The notes under the pieces were generated by a model. The model saw only the letters and a list, made by a program, of their open reading frames with translations. It did not search any database and was not told the origin of the DNA. Shown piece by piece: positions 47,805-57,867 of a stretch of DNA of 64,000 nucleotides (its first letter is position 1; every line of letters starts with the position of its first letter). The DNA is from Sedimentisphaerales bacterium (lineage in GTDB: Bacteria > Planctomycetota > Phycisphaerae > Sedimentisphaerales > Anaerobacaceae): the NCBI GenBank assembly GCA_963708075.1, contig OY970194.1, positions 768,001 to 832,000 on the forward strand. The letters run 5' to 3'. A program made the position numbers and the translations under genes.

Positions 47805-47955
47805 AAGTCATCACACCAACCAGGTAAGGGGAGTGTGATCGTTAGCCCGGGATTGCCTGGCAAGTCCGGCGACGGGGATGGTGTGTCCGCTTTTAGGGAT
47901 AATGGCGGGTCATTTGCTTCTAAAGGGGGCCCGTCGCATTGGACGAAAAACAGGT

Positions 47956-49401
47956 ATGTCGGCTAACAATCCATCACTCTGGAGGGGCATGGTCCTTGCC
48001 GTCGCATTGGCGGCAGCGATTCTTATCGGCGGATGCGGCTCTGCCCAGGAGCGACCGGACGCGAGCACCCCGGTCTTCTTTCCTTCCGGGCCGGAGAAAC
48101 CCCGGCTGCAGTTCCTCACCTCGTTCTCGGGCCCGGCCGATCTGGGCGCCGCCGGCGCCAGCGGGTTCGAGAAGTTCGTCCTGGGCGAGGAGGAAGAGAA
48201 AGAGGGAATAGCGACCCCGTACGGCTTGGCCGTCTTCGACGGCAAGCTCTATGTCTGCGACGTCGGCAAGAGGCGCGTCGAAGTGCTCGATCTCAGGAAA
48301 CGGTCCTTCGGGTACATGACCGAGGACCGGCGGCTGATGAATCCCGTGAACATCTGCATCGAGCGAGACGGGACGAAGTACGTGGCCGACCCGACGGCAG
48401 GAGCGGTTTTTGTCTTTGACGCGGGCAACACGTTGCAGGCGATCCTCGGCAAGGAACTGCGGATCAGCCCGATCGACGTCGCCATCCGCGGACCGCACTG
48501 CTACGTCACCGACTTCGCCGGCAACCAGGTCGTCGTGATGGACAAGACGACGGGCAAGGAGATCCGTCGGATGGGCGAGCAGGGCGACGGCGAGAATCAG
48601 TTCAAGCTCATCAGCGATCTGACTTTTGGCCCGGACGGGGACCTCTATGTGACCGACAAGCTGAAAGCCAGGATCTTCGACTTCGATTCCTCGGGGAACC
48701 TCAAGCGGACGATCGGCCGCCTGGGCGACAACATTGACGAGCTGGTGCGGCCCAAAGGTATCGCGCTGGATCGCGACAGCCGGATCTGGGTGATCGACGC
48801 AGGCGCCTCCCTGTCGCCTTCCGCGTGGTCCACGGAAGTCGCGAAAATATACGACCCCCAGGGTCGCTTGTTGCTGTTCTTCGGCCGGCCTGGGAACGAG
48901 CCCGGGAACATGAACCTTCCGGCCAAAATCATCCTGGACTATGACCATGTCGACCTGTTCAAGCACCGCGCCGTGCGGGGGGCCGACATCAAATTCCTTG
49001 TGTTCGTGTCGAACCAGTACGGCCCGGCCAAAGTAAACGTGTACGGCTTCGGTGACTTTCCCGTTCCTGACAGATCGAAAGAGGTGACGCAAACGCCGCC
49101 TGTGGAAAAAAGTCCGCCGGCGGAATCGGTCCGTCCCGCGGAGCCATCGGCCAAGGCGGTCGCACCTCAGTCGGGGCAGCAGACCGGCGAAGCCCAGCGA
49201 TTGCAGCAGACCAGGACAATCGCCGATCTCTACTACCAGAGTATGGACCAGTATCGTGCCGGTCGGCTCGAAGAGGCCCGGTCGGGGTTCGTGAAAGTCA
49301 TTGCCAGCGGGCTGATCCCGCCTCCCATGGAGGAAACACTCAAAGGGTACATCAAGGACATCGATGGGCGGCTCGCCCGCCAGCGCAGCGGACAGCGTTG
49401 A
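47956..49401 (+). CDS. NHL beta-propeller lipoprotein with Pro-rich linker and helical C-terminal module
   Basis: Lipobox LIGGC, PEKPRLQFL, NHL repeats. Confidence 0.82.
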   Translation: MSANNPSLWRGMVLAVALAAAILIGGCGSAQERPDASTPVFFPSGPEKPRLQFLTSFSGPADLGAAGASGFEKFVLGEEEEKEGIATPYGLAVFDGKLYVCDVGKRRVEVLDLRKRSFGYMTEDRRLMNPVNICIERDGTKYVADPTAGAVFVFDAGNTLQAILGKELRISPIDVAIRGPHCYVTDFAGNQVVVMDKTTGKEIRRMGEQGDGENQFKLISDLTFGPDGDLYVTDKLKARIFDFDSSGNLKRTIGRLGDNIDELVRPKGIALDRDSRIWVIDAGASLSPSAWSTEVAKIYDPQGRLLLFFGRPGNEPGNMNLPAKIILDYDHVDLFKHRAVRGADIKFLVFVSNQYGPAKVNVYGFGDFPVPDRSKEVTQTPPVEKSPPAESVRPAEPSAKAVAPQSGQQTGEAQRLQQTRTIADLYYQSMDQYRAGRLEEARSGFVKVIASGLIPPPMEETLKGYIKDIDGRLARQRSGQR

Positions 49402-49467
49402 TTGGCGGTGCGATGAATCTGAAATGGGAATGAAGGTGGCGTTCGCAGGGAGGCTACGATTGAGAAT

Positions 49468-50664
49468 TTGGATGTCAAATGTATGCGGCAGCCTGCGCAT
49501 TGCGATCCGGTGCGACTTCGGATGATCCTCATCCTGCTGGGATCAGGATTAGCGATGATGCTCTTGCTGCTGTCCAGTTGCGACGAAGTCGAACGCCACA
49601 AAGTGTTGACCTTCTTCTTCGATGGCGTTCCACCGCTGCAGACGCAGACGTCCGAGACGCAGGTAACGGCCCTGAAGGACAGCAAGCCGGGGGACATTGC
49701 GCCGGCAGGGGGCTGGCACGTTCACCCGCCGTTGAAGAACTGCGTCAACTGCCATGGCGATCAGCGGCAAACGGGTTTCTCCCGTAAGGTGCAGTTGGTG
49801 GCGCAGGTGCCCCAGTTGTGCCACAAATGTCATGACGAGTTTTCCACCCTGGAGTCCTGGGTGCACGGCCCGGTCGCGACGGGTGACTGCCTGGTTTGCC
49901 ACGAGCCTCACAAGACCAAAGCCGAATTCCTGCTCAGGAAGCCGGTCCCCGAACTATGCTATCAGTGCCATGAGGTCCAGGCGATTCGCATGGTCAAAAA
50001 CCACGACGGGGAAGCGTACTCATCCTGCACGGATTGTCACGATGGGCACGCGGGCGCGACCCGGAGCCTTCTGCGGCAGACGTTTCTGGAGAAGCCGGCG
50101 GGTCTGGAGTATCAATCCGAGATCCATCGCCGCAAGTATGAAGAGGCGGCCAGGAAAGCGAGGAGCGATCTGTTGCAGGGGCAGGATTTCCTGGCGTTCT
50201 CCGGCACAATCATCGAGTACCTCCAAGGCGGTCAACTGTGGCCGGCCAGGGCGTATCTCGAAGCCCTGATGAATAGTGACCTGATCATGGATTCCGAGAA
50301 ACCTCTCGTGGCCGATAGCCTGCAAAAGGTGATTGATGTGCAGACGAAGCCGCCAACGGAGCCCCAGGAAGGTCAGGAGCTTGAAGACCCGTCCAGGGAC
50401 GTCGGGGAATCGGCGGCCGCCGCACTCAAGGCCATTCGGGATCAAAGAAGCGAACAGGCCAGAAAGGTCGCCGAGCTCTACTATCGCAGCCTCCAGCAGT
50501 ACCGCGCCGGGCAACTTGTGGAAGCTCGGGAGGGCTTTCGTCAGGTTCTCGGTGCCAGTTCGCTGCCGGCGCCAATAAAGGAAACGGCTCAACAGTACCT
50601 CGACCAGATAGAGCAGGCGTTCATCCAGAAGCAGGAGCAGTCCGGCTGGCGTTTGCTGAAGTAG
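49468..50664 (+). CDS. Pentaheme lipoprotein cytochrome with helical C-terminal domain (start uncertain)
   Basis: Lipobox LSSC, FFFDGVP, 5 CxxCH. Confidence 0.85.
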   Translation: MDVKCMRQPAHCDPVRLRMILILLGSGLAMMLLLLSSCDEVERHKVLTFFFDGVPPLQTQTSETQVTALKDSKPGDIAPAGGWHVHPPLKNCVNCHGDQRQTGFSRKVQLVAQVPQLCHKCHDEFSTLESWVHGPVATGDCLVCHEPHKTKAEFLLRKPVPELCYQCHEVQAIRMVKNHDGEAYSSCTDCHDGHAGATRSLLRQTFLEKPAGLEYQSEIHRRKYEEAARKARSDLLQGQDFLAFSGTIIEYLQGGQLWPARAYLEALMNSDLIMDSEKPLVADSLQKVIDVQTKPPTEPQEGQELEDPSRDVGESAAAALKAIRDQRSEQARKVAELYYRSLQQYRAGQLVEAREGFRQVLGASSLPAPIKETAQQYLDQIEQAFIQKQEQSGWRLLK

Positions 50665-50705
50665 TATGCCGGCGATCAGGAAGGCCAGGAGCTATACCAT
50701 GGAGG

Positions 50706-52787
50706 ATGGAAGAGACCGAATGTGGTCGGAATCAAGAAACTGAGCGTGTATTGAACCGAGCGAGCAATAAGGCAAGGCATGGCCCGGTAAAGGCATGGCC
50801 CGGCTACAGGGTCCTCGGAAGTGTGCTGTGTTGCGGGCTTGGTCTGATAATGTTGGGCGGCTGCAACGTGATCGTCCGGGGCCAGAAACGGCCTCTCGTC
50901 AAGAACCAGAGAATCCGCGGGGAACTCGAGACGGTCGTCGAGCATCGCGTGGATGAACGGAAAACGGGCGCCGATAAGCGTGAGAGTGAAAGCACAGTGT
51001 TTGAAGAACGGGCAAGAGTCAGGACCAGTGGTGACGTATACCATCCTGATTTCTTGAATTATGATGTCATGGTTGGGGCCGGGCTGGCTCAACAGAACAT
51101 CGAGTCCGATGATCTGTCCGGCTGGAGCACAGGGACTCTCGATGAATATCTCCTGTCCGCCCAGTTGTTGCGCTCCAAACCGTACACGGCCACCGTCAAT
51201 GCCACCAAGACGGAGGACTTGATTGCCCGGCAATTCCTGGGTCCGTTGCAGGCCGACCGCAAGAGTGAATCCGCGTCCCTGATTCTGCGCCCCGAGTCCT
51301 GGCCGATGTCATTTCAGTACAGCAGCAGCGAGACGAGCCAGGACGGCTTCGATCATCTTGCGTCGGACTTCTTTGCCCGCGAGGACGAACGCTTCCGATA
51401 CTCGGTCGATCACGATTTCAGCAAACTGTCGCACATCCACTTCGATTTTGACCGGACCGAGGCACGCCAGGAGACTGTAGGGGCCGTCGTCAACACAGAT
51501 ACGGACGCATACACGCTCTCGCATGATTACATGTTCGGCGAGGACGGGAAGCATCGCCTCGATTCCCTCTTCAATTACATCAACCAGAGCGGCTCGTTCG
51601 AGTTTGAGAACCTCCGCGCACAGGAGCGGCTGAGACTGCAGCACACGCCCAGCCTGCTCAGCAAGTACGATGTCCAGTACAGCAAACTGGAGCGAGAGGC
51701 ACTGGACAGCGAGCAGATTCGCGGCCAGGCGGGCATCGAGCACAGGTTGTTTGAGAGCCTGGTGACCGACTTGGACGGGTTCATCTCTGAAACCGATCTT
51801 GGGTCGGACGGGAAGCTTACGCAATACGGCGGGATCCTCGGCCTGAACTATCGAAAACTGAACCCGTGGGGCACCTTGTTCAGCAGCTACAGCGCCAGTA
51901 TCACTCGCAGCGACCAAACCGGCGGCGCCGGCAAAGGCTTCGTCGTCGGCGAAGCCCACATTGCCACTGACGTAGTCCCGATCGAGTTGGGCCGCACGAA
52001 TATCGATATCTCGACGATTCGCGTGACCTCCGCCCCCGGAAGCGGAGACGTGTTCCTGGAGGGGGATGACTACACGATCTCTCAAAGTAGCGGAAGGGTG
52101 TTCGTCAACACGATCGTCATCGGAGGCGTGGTGCCCCCGAACTTCACGGAGGGGCAGGAATTCTTCGTGGATTACGAGTTCTTCGTGGAGCCGGAGCGGC
52201 AGGAGGACACGTTCCGCCAGAGTTTCTCCATTCGTGAGCGGTTCAAGAATGGTATCTCAACGTACTACGGACTGCGCATGCAGGAGGAGACTGTAACCTC
52301 GACGATGGCCGACATCATCCCCGATGAGTATCTGGCCCATACGTTCGGCATCGACTATACGAACAAAGGCCTGTTCCTGCTGGCGGAGTACATGACGGAG
52401 GATTCCACGCTGATTCCCATGACCAGCACGAAGCTGGAAGGCCGATATCGGTGGCTGATCGGCCCCGCGACGACCGCCAGCCTGGGACTGACGAACCAGT
52501 GGCTGGAGTTTGAGGAGCCGGATGCCCGGGACGTGGACCTTTTCGAAGCCACCGCCGAGCTCTTCAGCCGATTGTCGGACAAGTACAGCATTTCCAGCTC
52601 GGTGGACTATCGTCATGAGGATGACACGCGATTCGGAATCACAAAGGGATTCCAGATTGACAACAAGCTTGAGTACCATTATCGGCAGTTCACTGCTACG
52701 ATTGGCGCCGAATTGAGTTTCCTGGAACGCCGCGATGACGAAATCGACAGTCTGTTCTTCTACATAAAAGCCCAACGGCGTTTCTGA
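50706..52787 (+). CDS. Large outer-membrane beta-barrel protein (putative cytochrome porin or secretion pore)
   Basis: Alternating aromatic/polar strands throughout, C-terminal FFYIKAQRRF, LGGC lipobox-like signal, no heme motifs. Confidence 0.72.
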   Translation: MEETECGRNQETERVLNRASNKARHGPVKAWPGYRVLGSVLCCGLGLIMLGGCNVIVRGQKRPLVKNQRIRGELETVVEHRVDERKTGADKRESESTVFEERARVRTSGDVYHPDFLNYDVMVGAGLAQQNIESDDLSGWSTGTLDEYLLSAQLLRSKPYTATVNATKTEDLIARQFLGPLQADRKSESASLILRPESWPMSFQYSSSETSQDGFDHLASDFFAREDERFRYSVDHDFSKLSHIHFDFDRTEARQETVGAVVNTDTDAYTLSHDYMFGEDGKHRLDSLFNYINQSGSFEFENLRAQERLRLQHTPSLLSKYDVQYSKLEREALDSEQIRGQAGIEHRLFESLVTDLDGFISETDLGSDGKLTQYGGILGLNYRKLNPWGTLFSSYSASITRSDQTGGAGKGFVVGEAHIATDVVPIELGRTNIDISTIRVTSAPGSGDVFLEGDDYTISQSSGRVFVNTIVIGGVVPPNFTEGQEFFVDYEFFVEPERQEDTFRQSFSIRERFKNGISTYYGLRMQEETVTSTMADIIPDEYLAHTFGIDYTNKGLFLLAEYMTEDSTLIPMTSTKLEGRYRWLIGPATTASLGLTNQWLEFEEPDARDVDLFEATAELFSRLSDKYSISSSVDYRHEDDTRFGITKGFQIDNKLEYHYRQFTATIGAELSFLERRDDEIDSLFFYIKAQRRF

Positions 52788-52813
52788 CCTGTACGTCAGG
52801 AGTCTCTGGAGTT

Positions 52814-53878
52814 ATGAAAATTCGACAAAGCGGCCAACGGAGATGCTCAGCAGGACTTGGGGTCCTTGTGGTCACGCTGCTTCTGGCAGGTGCCGGATGC
52901 GGCCCGCAGCGGCCCGCGCTCTTAAATCGGGCGGAGGCGACACTGGTTTGGCCCAAGCCGCCCGAGCAGCCTCGCATCAGGTACCTCGGAGCGGTGTCCA
53001 CGGAAGCCGACATGGAAAAGCGAGGCTCGCTGCTCGACGGCATCGGTGAATTGCTGTTCGGTGCCAAACCCATGGGCGTTCTGGTGTCGCCCTACGCGGT
53101 GGCCGTGGATCCGACAGGGGTCCTGTACGTGGCGGATTCCGCAGGTGCGGCCGTGCACGCGTTCAACCTCAGAACGCGCGACTACCGCCAGTTTTCCTCG
53201 CTGGGCAAAGAGGCCGGGCTCCAGAAGCCCGTCGCATTGACGACGCTGACCGATCGGGTGTACGTCGTGGACAGTGTCCGGCACGAGGTCTGTGTCTTTA
53301 AGAAGACCGGTGAGTTCGTTTTCGCCTTTGGACGGGATCAGCTCGAAAGGCCCGCCGGCATCGCCTGCCGACGTCCGGAAGGCACGATCTACGTGGCCGA
53401 TGCGGGCAACCATGCCCTTTATGTGTTCAGTCATGAAGGCCAGTTCATCCGGAAGATTGGGACGCGCGGGATCGACGCCGGTCAATTCAATTTCCCCACG
53501 CATCTTCACATCGATGAGGCGGGGCAGCTCTACGTGAGCGACACCCTGAATTACCGCGTTCAAGTACTCGGGCCGGACGACAGGTTCGTGAAAGTGTTCG
53601 GGGACCAGGGCGACCGGCCGGGCAATTTCGCCCATCCGTGTGGCGTCGCCACCGACCATGCCGGAAACATCTATGTAATTGACCGTCAGTTCGAGAATGT
53701 GCAGATCTTCGATCCGCAAGGACGCATCCTGATGGCGTTCGGTGAGGAGGGGAGTGATCCCGGCCAGTTCTGGCTGCCGGCAGGCATCTGTGTCGATGTG
53801 CATGACAGGATCTATGTGGCGGATTCATATAACAAGAGGGTTCAGGTGTTCGAGTTTCTGAAGGAAGGCGGAAAATGA
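52814..53878 (+). CDS. NHL beta-propeller lipoprotein
   Basis: Lipobox GAGC, WPKPPEQPRIRYL, GQFNFPT and YVADSYNKRVQVF repeats. Confidence 0.88.
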   Translation: MKIRQSGQRRCSAGLGVLVVTLLLAGAGCGPQRPALLNRAEATLVWPKPPEQPRIRYLGAVSTEADMEKRGSLLDGIGELLFGAKPMGVLVSPYAVAVDPTGVLYVADSAGAAVHAFNLRTRDYRQFSSLGKEAGLQKPVALTTLTDRVYVVDSVRHEVCVFKKTGEFVFAFGRDQLERPAGIACRRPEGTIYVADAGNHALYVFSHEGQFIRKIGTRGIDAGQFNFPTHLHIDEAGQLYVSDTLNYRVQVLGPDDRFVKVFGDQGDRPGNFAHPCGVATDHAGNIYVIDRQFENVQIFDPQGRILMAFGEEGSDPGQFWLPAGICVDVHDRIYVADSYNKRVQVFEFLKEGGK

Positions 53879-55527
53879 GGAAATGGCCCGCCAGGACGGC
53901 TGTGATATGGCTCGCGACGCTTGGAGTATCGGGCGCGTTGGCCGGCAGTGGCTCGATTCAGGGCACGCCCCACGACCTGTCCCCGGTCGCAGGCGGGGCG
54001 GCCTGCAGTTTCTGCCATACCCCGCACGGAGCCATGCCCGGCACTCCCCTGTGGAGCCACACGCTTTCCACGGCCGTCTATAAAATCTATGAAAGCTCCT
54101 CGCTGGAAGCGAGAGTCGGCCAGCCGACGGGCTCCAGCAAACTGTGCTTGAGCTGCCACGATGGCACAGTGGCATTGACGGAGACCATCACCGGCGGAAC
54201 CGGCGGCGCCTATATTTCTGCCGGGGGCGCCAACCTGGGGACCGACTTATCTGATGACCACCCGATCAGCTTCGTCTATTCATCGGGCCTGTCCGCTGAG
54301 GACTCCCAGATCCGGCCACCCGTCGGGTTGCCCGAGCCGCTGAAACTGGACCGTTCCGGCGAATTGCAGTGCACGACGTGCCACGACGCTCACAACAATC
54401 ACTACGGCAACTTCCTCGTGATGTCCAACACGGGATCGCAGATGTGCGTGAGCTGCCACGACCTGAACGGTTGGACCACGTCGGCGCACGAGAGTTCCGG
54501 TGTTCTGGTCGCCGGGGCCAGCGACCCTTACCTGCAGGAGGGGGATCGCGGAACCCTCGCGGAGGTCGCCTGTCTTGCCTGCCACAGGCCGCACGGCGCC
54601 GGTGGCCATGAAAGGCTCCTCCATTTCGCCCAGATCGAAGACAATTGCCTGAATTGCCACGATGGCATGGTGGCCGGCACGAACATCAAAACGGATATGC
54701 TCAAGCTCAGCCGGCACAATGTGTTCCAGTATCGAGACGTTCATGATCCCACGGAGGTGGCCTCCGCGGCGCCCATGCACGTCGAATGCGTCGATTGCCA
54801 TAATCCTCATGCCGTGCAGCGAGCCCTCGTTCAGCCTCCAATGATCCCCGGCGCCATGCAGAGCGTTTCGGGCGTCACCGTCACCGGCTCCGTGACGGCG
54901 CATGCCCAGTTTGGGTATGAAGTCTGCTTCAAGTGCCATGCCGACAACCCGGAGCGCCCTCTGTCCGACATCACGCGGCAGATCACCCAGACGAATACCC
55001 GCCTCGAATTTGAGCCGTCAGGACCCTCATTTCACCCGGTGGTATCGCCGGGCGTGAATCCGAATGTCCCGAGTCTGATCCCGCCAATGACTGTGGCCAC
55101 GGTCATCAATTGCACCGACTGCCACAGTTCGGATGCGACGTCATCGGCGAGGGGGCCGCATGGGTCCGTCTATCGGCCCCTGCTCGCGGATCGCTACGAG
55201 ACAGTGGACTTCACCCCGGAGAATAGCTCCTCGTACGCGCTGTGTTACCGTTGCCACAGCCGCAACAGCATTCTCGGCGACCAGAGTTTCGCCGGCCACA
55301 GCGAGCACTTGGAAAACGGGATTCCATGCTCGGCCTGTCACGATGCGCACGGCATTAACGCGTCCCAGGGCTCAACGACGAACAACAGCCACCTGATCAA
55401 TTTCGACGTGGTGATCGTTCGGCCGGACCCTGTCACAGGACGGCAGGTCTTCGAGGATTCGGGCGTGTTTCACGGCCAGTGCTACCTGTCCTGTCATGGC
55501 GAAAACCATTCTCCGAAGGGATATTGA
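53875..55527 (+). CDS. 12-heme cytochrome c with an OmcE-like N-terminal tetraheme domain
   Basis: 11 CxxCH plus CYLSCH. SIQGTPHDLS, CHTPH..PLW, NLGTDLSDDHPISF. Confidence 0.88.
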   Translation: MRKWPARTAVIWLATLGVSGALAGSGSIQGTPHDLSPVAGGAACSFCHTPHGAMPGTPLWSHTLSTAVYKIYESSSLEARVGQPTGSSKLCLSCHDGTVALTETITGGTGGAYISAGGANLGTDLSDDHPISFVYSSGLSAEDSQIRPPVGLPEPLKLDRSGELQCTTCHDAHNNHYGNFLVMSNTGSQMCVSCHDLNGWTTSAHESSGVLVAGASDPYLQEGDRGTLAEVACLACHRPHGAGGHERLLHFAQIEDNCLNCHDGMVAGTNIKTDMLKLSRHNVFQYRDVHDPTEVASAAPMHVECVDCHNPHAVQRALVQPPMIPGAMQSVSGVTVTGSVTAHAQFGYEVCFKCHADNPERPLSDITRQITQTNTRLEFEPSGPSFHPVVSPGVNPNVPSLIPPMTVATVINCTDCHSSDATSSARGPHGSVYRPLLADRYETVDFTPENSSSYALCYRCHSRNSILGDQSFAGHSEHLENGIPCSACHDAHGINASQGSTTNNSHLINFDVVIVRPDPVTGRQVFEDSGVFHGQCYLSCHGENHSPKGY

Positions 55528-55528
55528 G

Positions 55529-55927
55529 ATGAATAGAAAAACGATCCTGAAAATTGGCGTCGGAATCCTCGTCATTGGCGGGGGCATCGGCTATTTCATG
55601 TTCCAGGCGATGCAGTCGTCCTGGGCCTACTACTACTCAGTCGATGATTTTGCCGCCGCGGGCGCGGCCGGGCAAGGGCAGTCGTTTCGATTGGCCGGAC
55701 GAGTCAAGCCGGGAAGCATCGAGCGAGACCTGGAAAACGTGACACTGCGATTCACGCTCGCGGGCGCTCAGGCAGAGCTGCCCGTGCAGTACAAGGGTGT
55801 GACGCCGGACAATTTCGTCGAGGACCGGGAGGTGGTCGTGGAGGGCCGTCTGGCGTCCGGCGGCGTGTTCCAGGCCGACACCTTGATGACCCGTTGTGAA
55901 TCGAAGTACCAGGCGAAAGTAGAATAG
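55529..55927 (+). CDS. ccmE: Heme chaperone CcmE, CxxxY variant
   Basis: YYYSV, RLAGRVKPGS, YKGVTPDNF, TRCESKY. Confidence 0.92.
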   Translation: MNRKTILKIGVGILVIGGGIGYFMFQAMQSSWAYYYSVDDFAAAGAAGQGQSFRLAGRVKPGSIERDLENVTLRFTLAGAQAELPVQYKGVTPDNFVEDREVVVEGRLASGGVFQADTLMTRCESKYQAKVE

Positions 55928-55929
55928 AC

Positions 55930-57867
55930 ATGGCGGAATTAGGACAGTTTGCCCTGCGGCTCGGGCTGTTCCTGAGCGTCTACGCGATTCTCGCGGACCT
56001 GCTTGGCCGTTGGCGAAATCGCGGTGAATTGCTCGTAAGCACGCGCAACGCGACGATCGGCTGCCTGTTGTGCTTGACGGTTGCCGCCGCTGCGCTGTTG
56101 GTTCTCCTCGTGCAGGGTGACTTCGCTGTCAATTATGTGGCGGAGCACACCGCCCGCGCGCTGCCGCTTGTCTATAAACTGACAGCGTTCTGGGCTGGCG
56201 CGGCCGGGTCCTTGCTGCTATGGCTGTGGCTCCAGACCGGTTTCATCGTTTTTGCCTTCTCTAAGTGCGGCGGCGGTCTCGATCGATTTTGTGCCGGCGC
56301 CCGGGTGGCGGCGAACCTGGTGGCGGCGTTCTTCCTCCTGGTGCTGATTTTCGACAAGGACCCGTTCCGTACGTCGCTGACGACGCCCGGCGATGGTGCG
56401 GGGCTCAATCCGTTGTTGCAGCATCCGGCGATGGTTCTGCATCCTCCGGCGCTGTTCCTGGGCTATGCCGCGTTCGCCGTGCCCTTTGTGTGGGCGTTGG
56501 CCGCCCTGAAGAGAGAAGACTCGAACGGTTCTCCCGTCCTGTTCGATCGCGCGCGCAATTGGTCGCTGTTTGCCTGGATATTCCTGACTATCGGCATCGG
56601 CCTGGGGGCGTGGTGGGCCTACGAAGAACTCGGCTGGGGCGGCTACTGGGCGTGGGACCCGGTGGAGAACTCCTCCTTGATGCCGTGGCTCACGGGGACC
56701 GCTCTGCTGCACTGTGCGCGTACCTACCGGGCCAATTCCAGGACCGCGACGTGGTTCATGGTTCTGGCGATTGTGACGTTCAGTCTCTGCATCTTTGGGA
56801 CGTTCCTGACACGGTACGGCCTGGTCTCAAGCGTTCACGCCTTCCCCGATCCGGGACTGGGCATCCTGTTTATCGTGCTCCTGGGCATCATCGGGGCGGT
56901 CGCGGGGTTCTTATTCCTGCGCCGCTATTTACAGGACAGGTCGAAATCGCAAGCCGAAGGCCGCAGCGTCCGGTTTGTTGTGTGGAACAACTGGCTCATG
57001 TTGCTGCTGACCTTCGTGGTCCTCGCGGGCACGCTGTTCCCGTTCTTCAGCGGGCTCCTCAGCGACCACCAGATCACCCTGAAGCCCGAGTATTTCACGA
57101 AGATCACAGCCCCCGGCGGGCTATTGCTTCTGCTTCTGCTTGGCGTCTGTCCGCATCTGATCCACCATGGACTCGGCAGAAGTTGGCGAATCCTCGGCGC
57201 GGTCCTTGCCGGCGTAGCGGCGGCGCTGATCTGGGTGTTCGCAAAGAATCTGGCTGTTGCGTATCTTGTCGTCTGCGCGTTCGTCGGATTGAATCTGGCG
57301 GCGGATTTCGTACAGCGGTATATCCGTCGCCGTGCATCTGCCGGCGTGCGTACTCTGTCTCCCGTTTTTCGGTGGTATGGGGCGAGGATTGTGCACATTG
57401 GGGCGCTGCTGACTTTTGTGGGAATCGCCGGCTCCGGGGGATTTGACGTTGAGAAACAGGTCGCCCTCAGGCCGGGTGAACGGACCCAGGTCGGCAAATT
57501 CGAGCTTGCGTATGACGATCTGGATGCGAGTCACGGCCCTAACTTCACCGCCGTGACCGCTGCTGTGTCGGTGTACAAGGGCGACAAGCGGATCGGTGAG
57601 CTTTCGCCGGCCGTCGCCTTCTATGGGCGATCCGACAAGCGCACGAGCGAGGTGGACATCCGGCGGACCCTGGCGAGCGATCTCTACGTCGCCTTGACGG
57701 AAGTCGACAGCGCCACGAAGTTGATTAACCTGACGATCTTTATCAAGCCGCTGATCAATTGGATCTGGATCGGCAGTGGTCTGATGGTGGCTGGGGCAGT
57801 GCTCGTGATCGCCGCCGCGGTCGGTCGCGGGCGAGGCAATTCTCAAGAGGACATGGTTGAAGCATGA
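55930..57867 (+). CDS. ccmF: Cytochrome c heme lyase CcmF
   Basis: GLNPLLQHP, WAYEELGWGGYWAWDPVEN, SVHAF, KPLINWIW. Confidence 0.95.
   Translation: MAELGQFALRLGLFLSVYAILADLLGRWRNRGELLVSTRNATIGCLLCLTVAAAALLVLLVQGDFAVNYVAEHTARALPLVYKLTAFWAGAAGSLLLWLWLQTGFIVFAFSKCGGGLDRFCAGARVAANLVAAFFLLVLIFDKDPFRTSLTTPGDGAGLNPLLQHPAMVLHPPALFLGYAAFAVPFVWALAALKREDSNGSPVLFDRARNWSLFAWIFLTIGIGLGAWWAYEELGWGGYWAWDPVENSSLMPWLTGTALLHCARTYRANSRTATWFMVLAIVTFSLCIFGTFLTRYGLVSSVHAFPDPGLGILFIVLLGIIGAVAGFLFLRRYLQDRSKSQAEGRSVRFVVWNNWLMLLLTFVVLAGTLFPFFSGLLSDHQITLKPEYFTKITAPGGLLLLLLLGVCPHLIHHGLGRSWRILGAVLAGVAAALIWVFAKNLAVAYLVVCAFVGLNLAADFVQRYIRRRASAGVRTLSPVFRWYGARIVHIGALLTFVGIAGSGGFDVEKQVALRPGERTQVGKFELAYDDLDASHGPNFTAVTAAVSVYKGDKRIGELSPAVAFYGRSDKRTSEVDIRRTLASDLYVALTEVDSATKLINLTIFIKPLINWIWIGSGLMVAGAVLVIAAAVGRGRGNSQEDMVEA

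Noticed and set aside
44423..52787. Naming these genes mtrA/mtrB or extABCD
   Set aside because: Heme counts and motifs do not let me assign orthology without a search.
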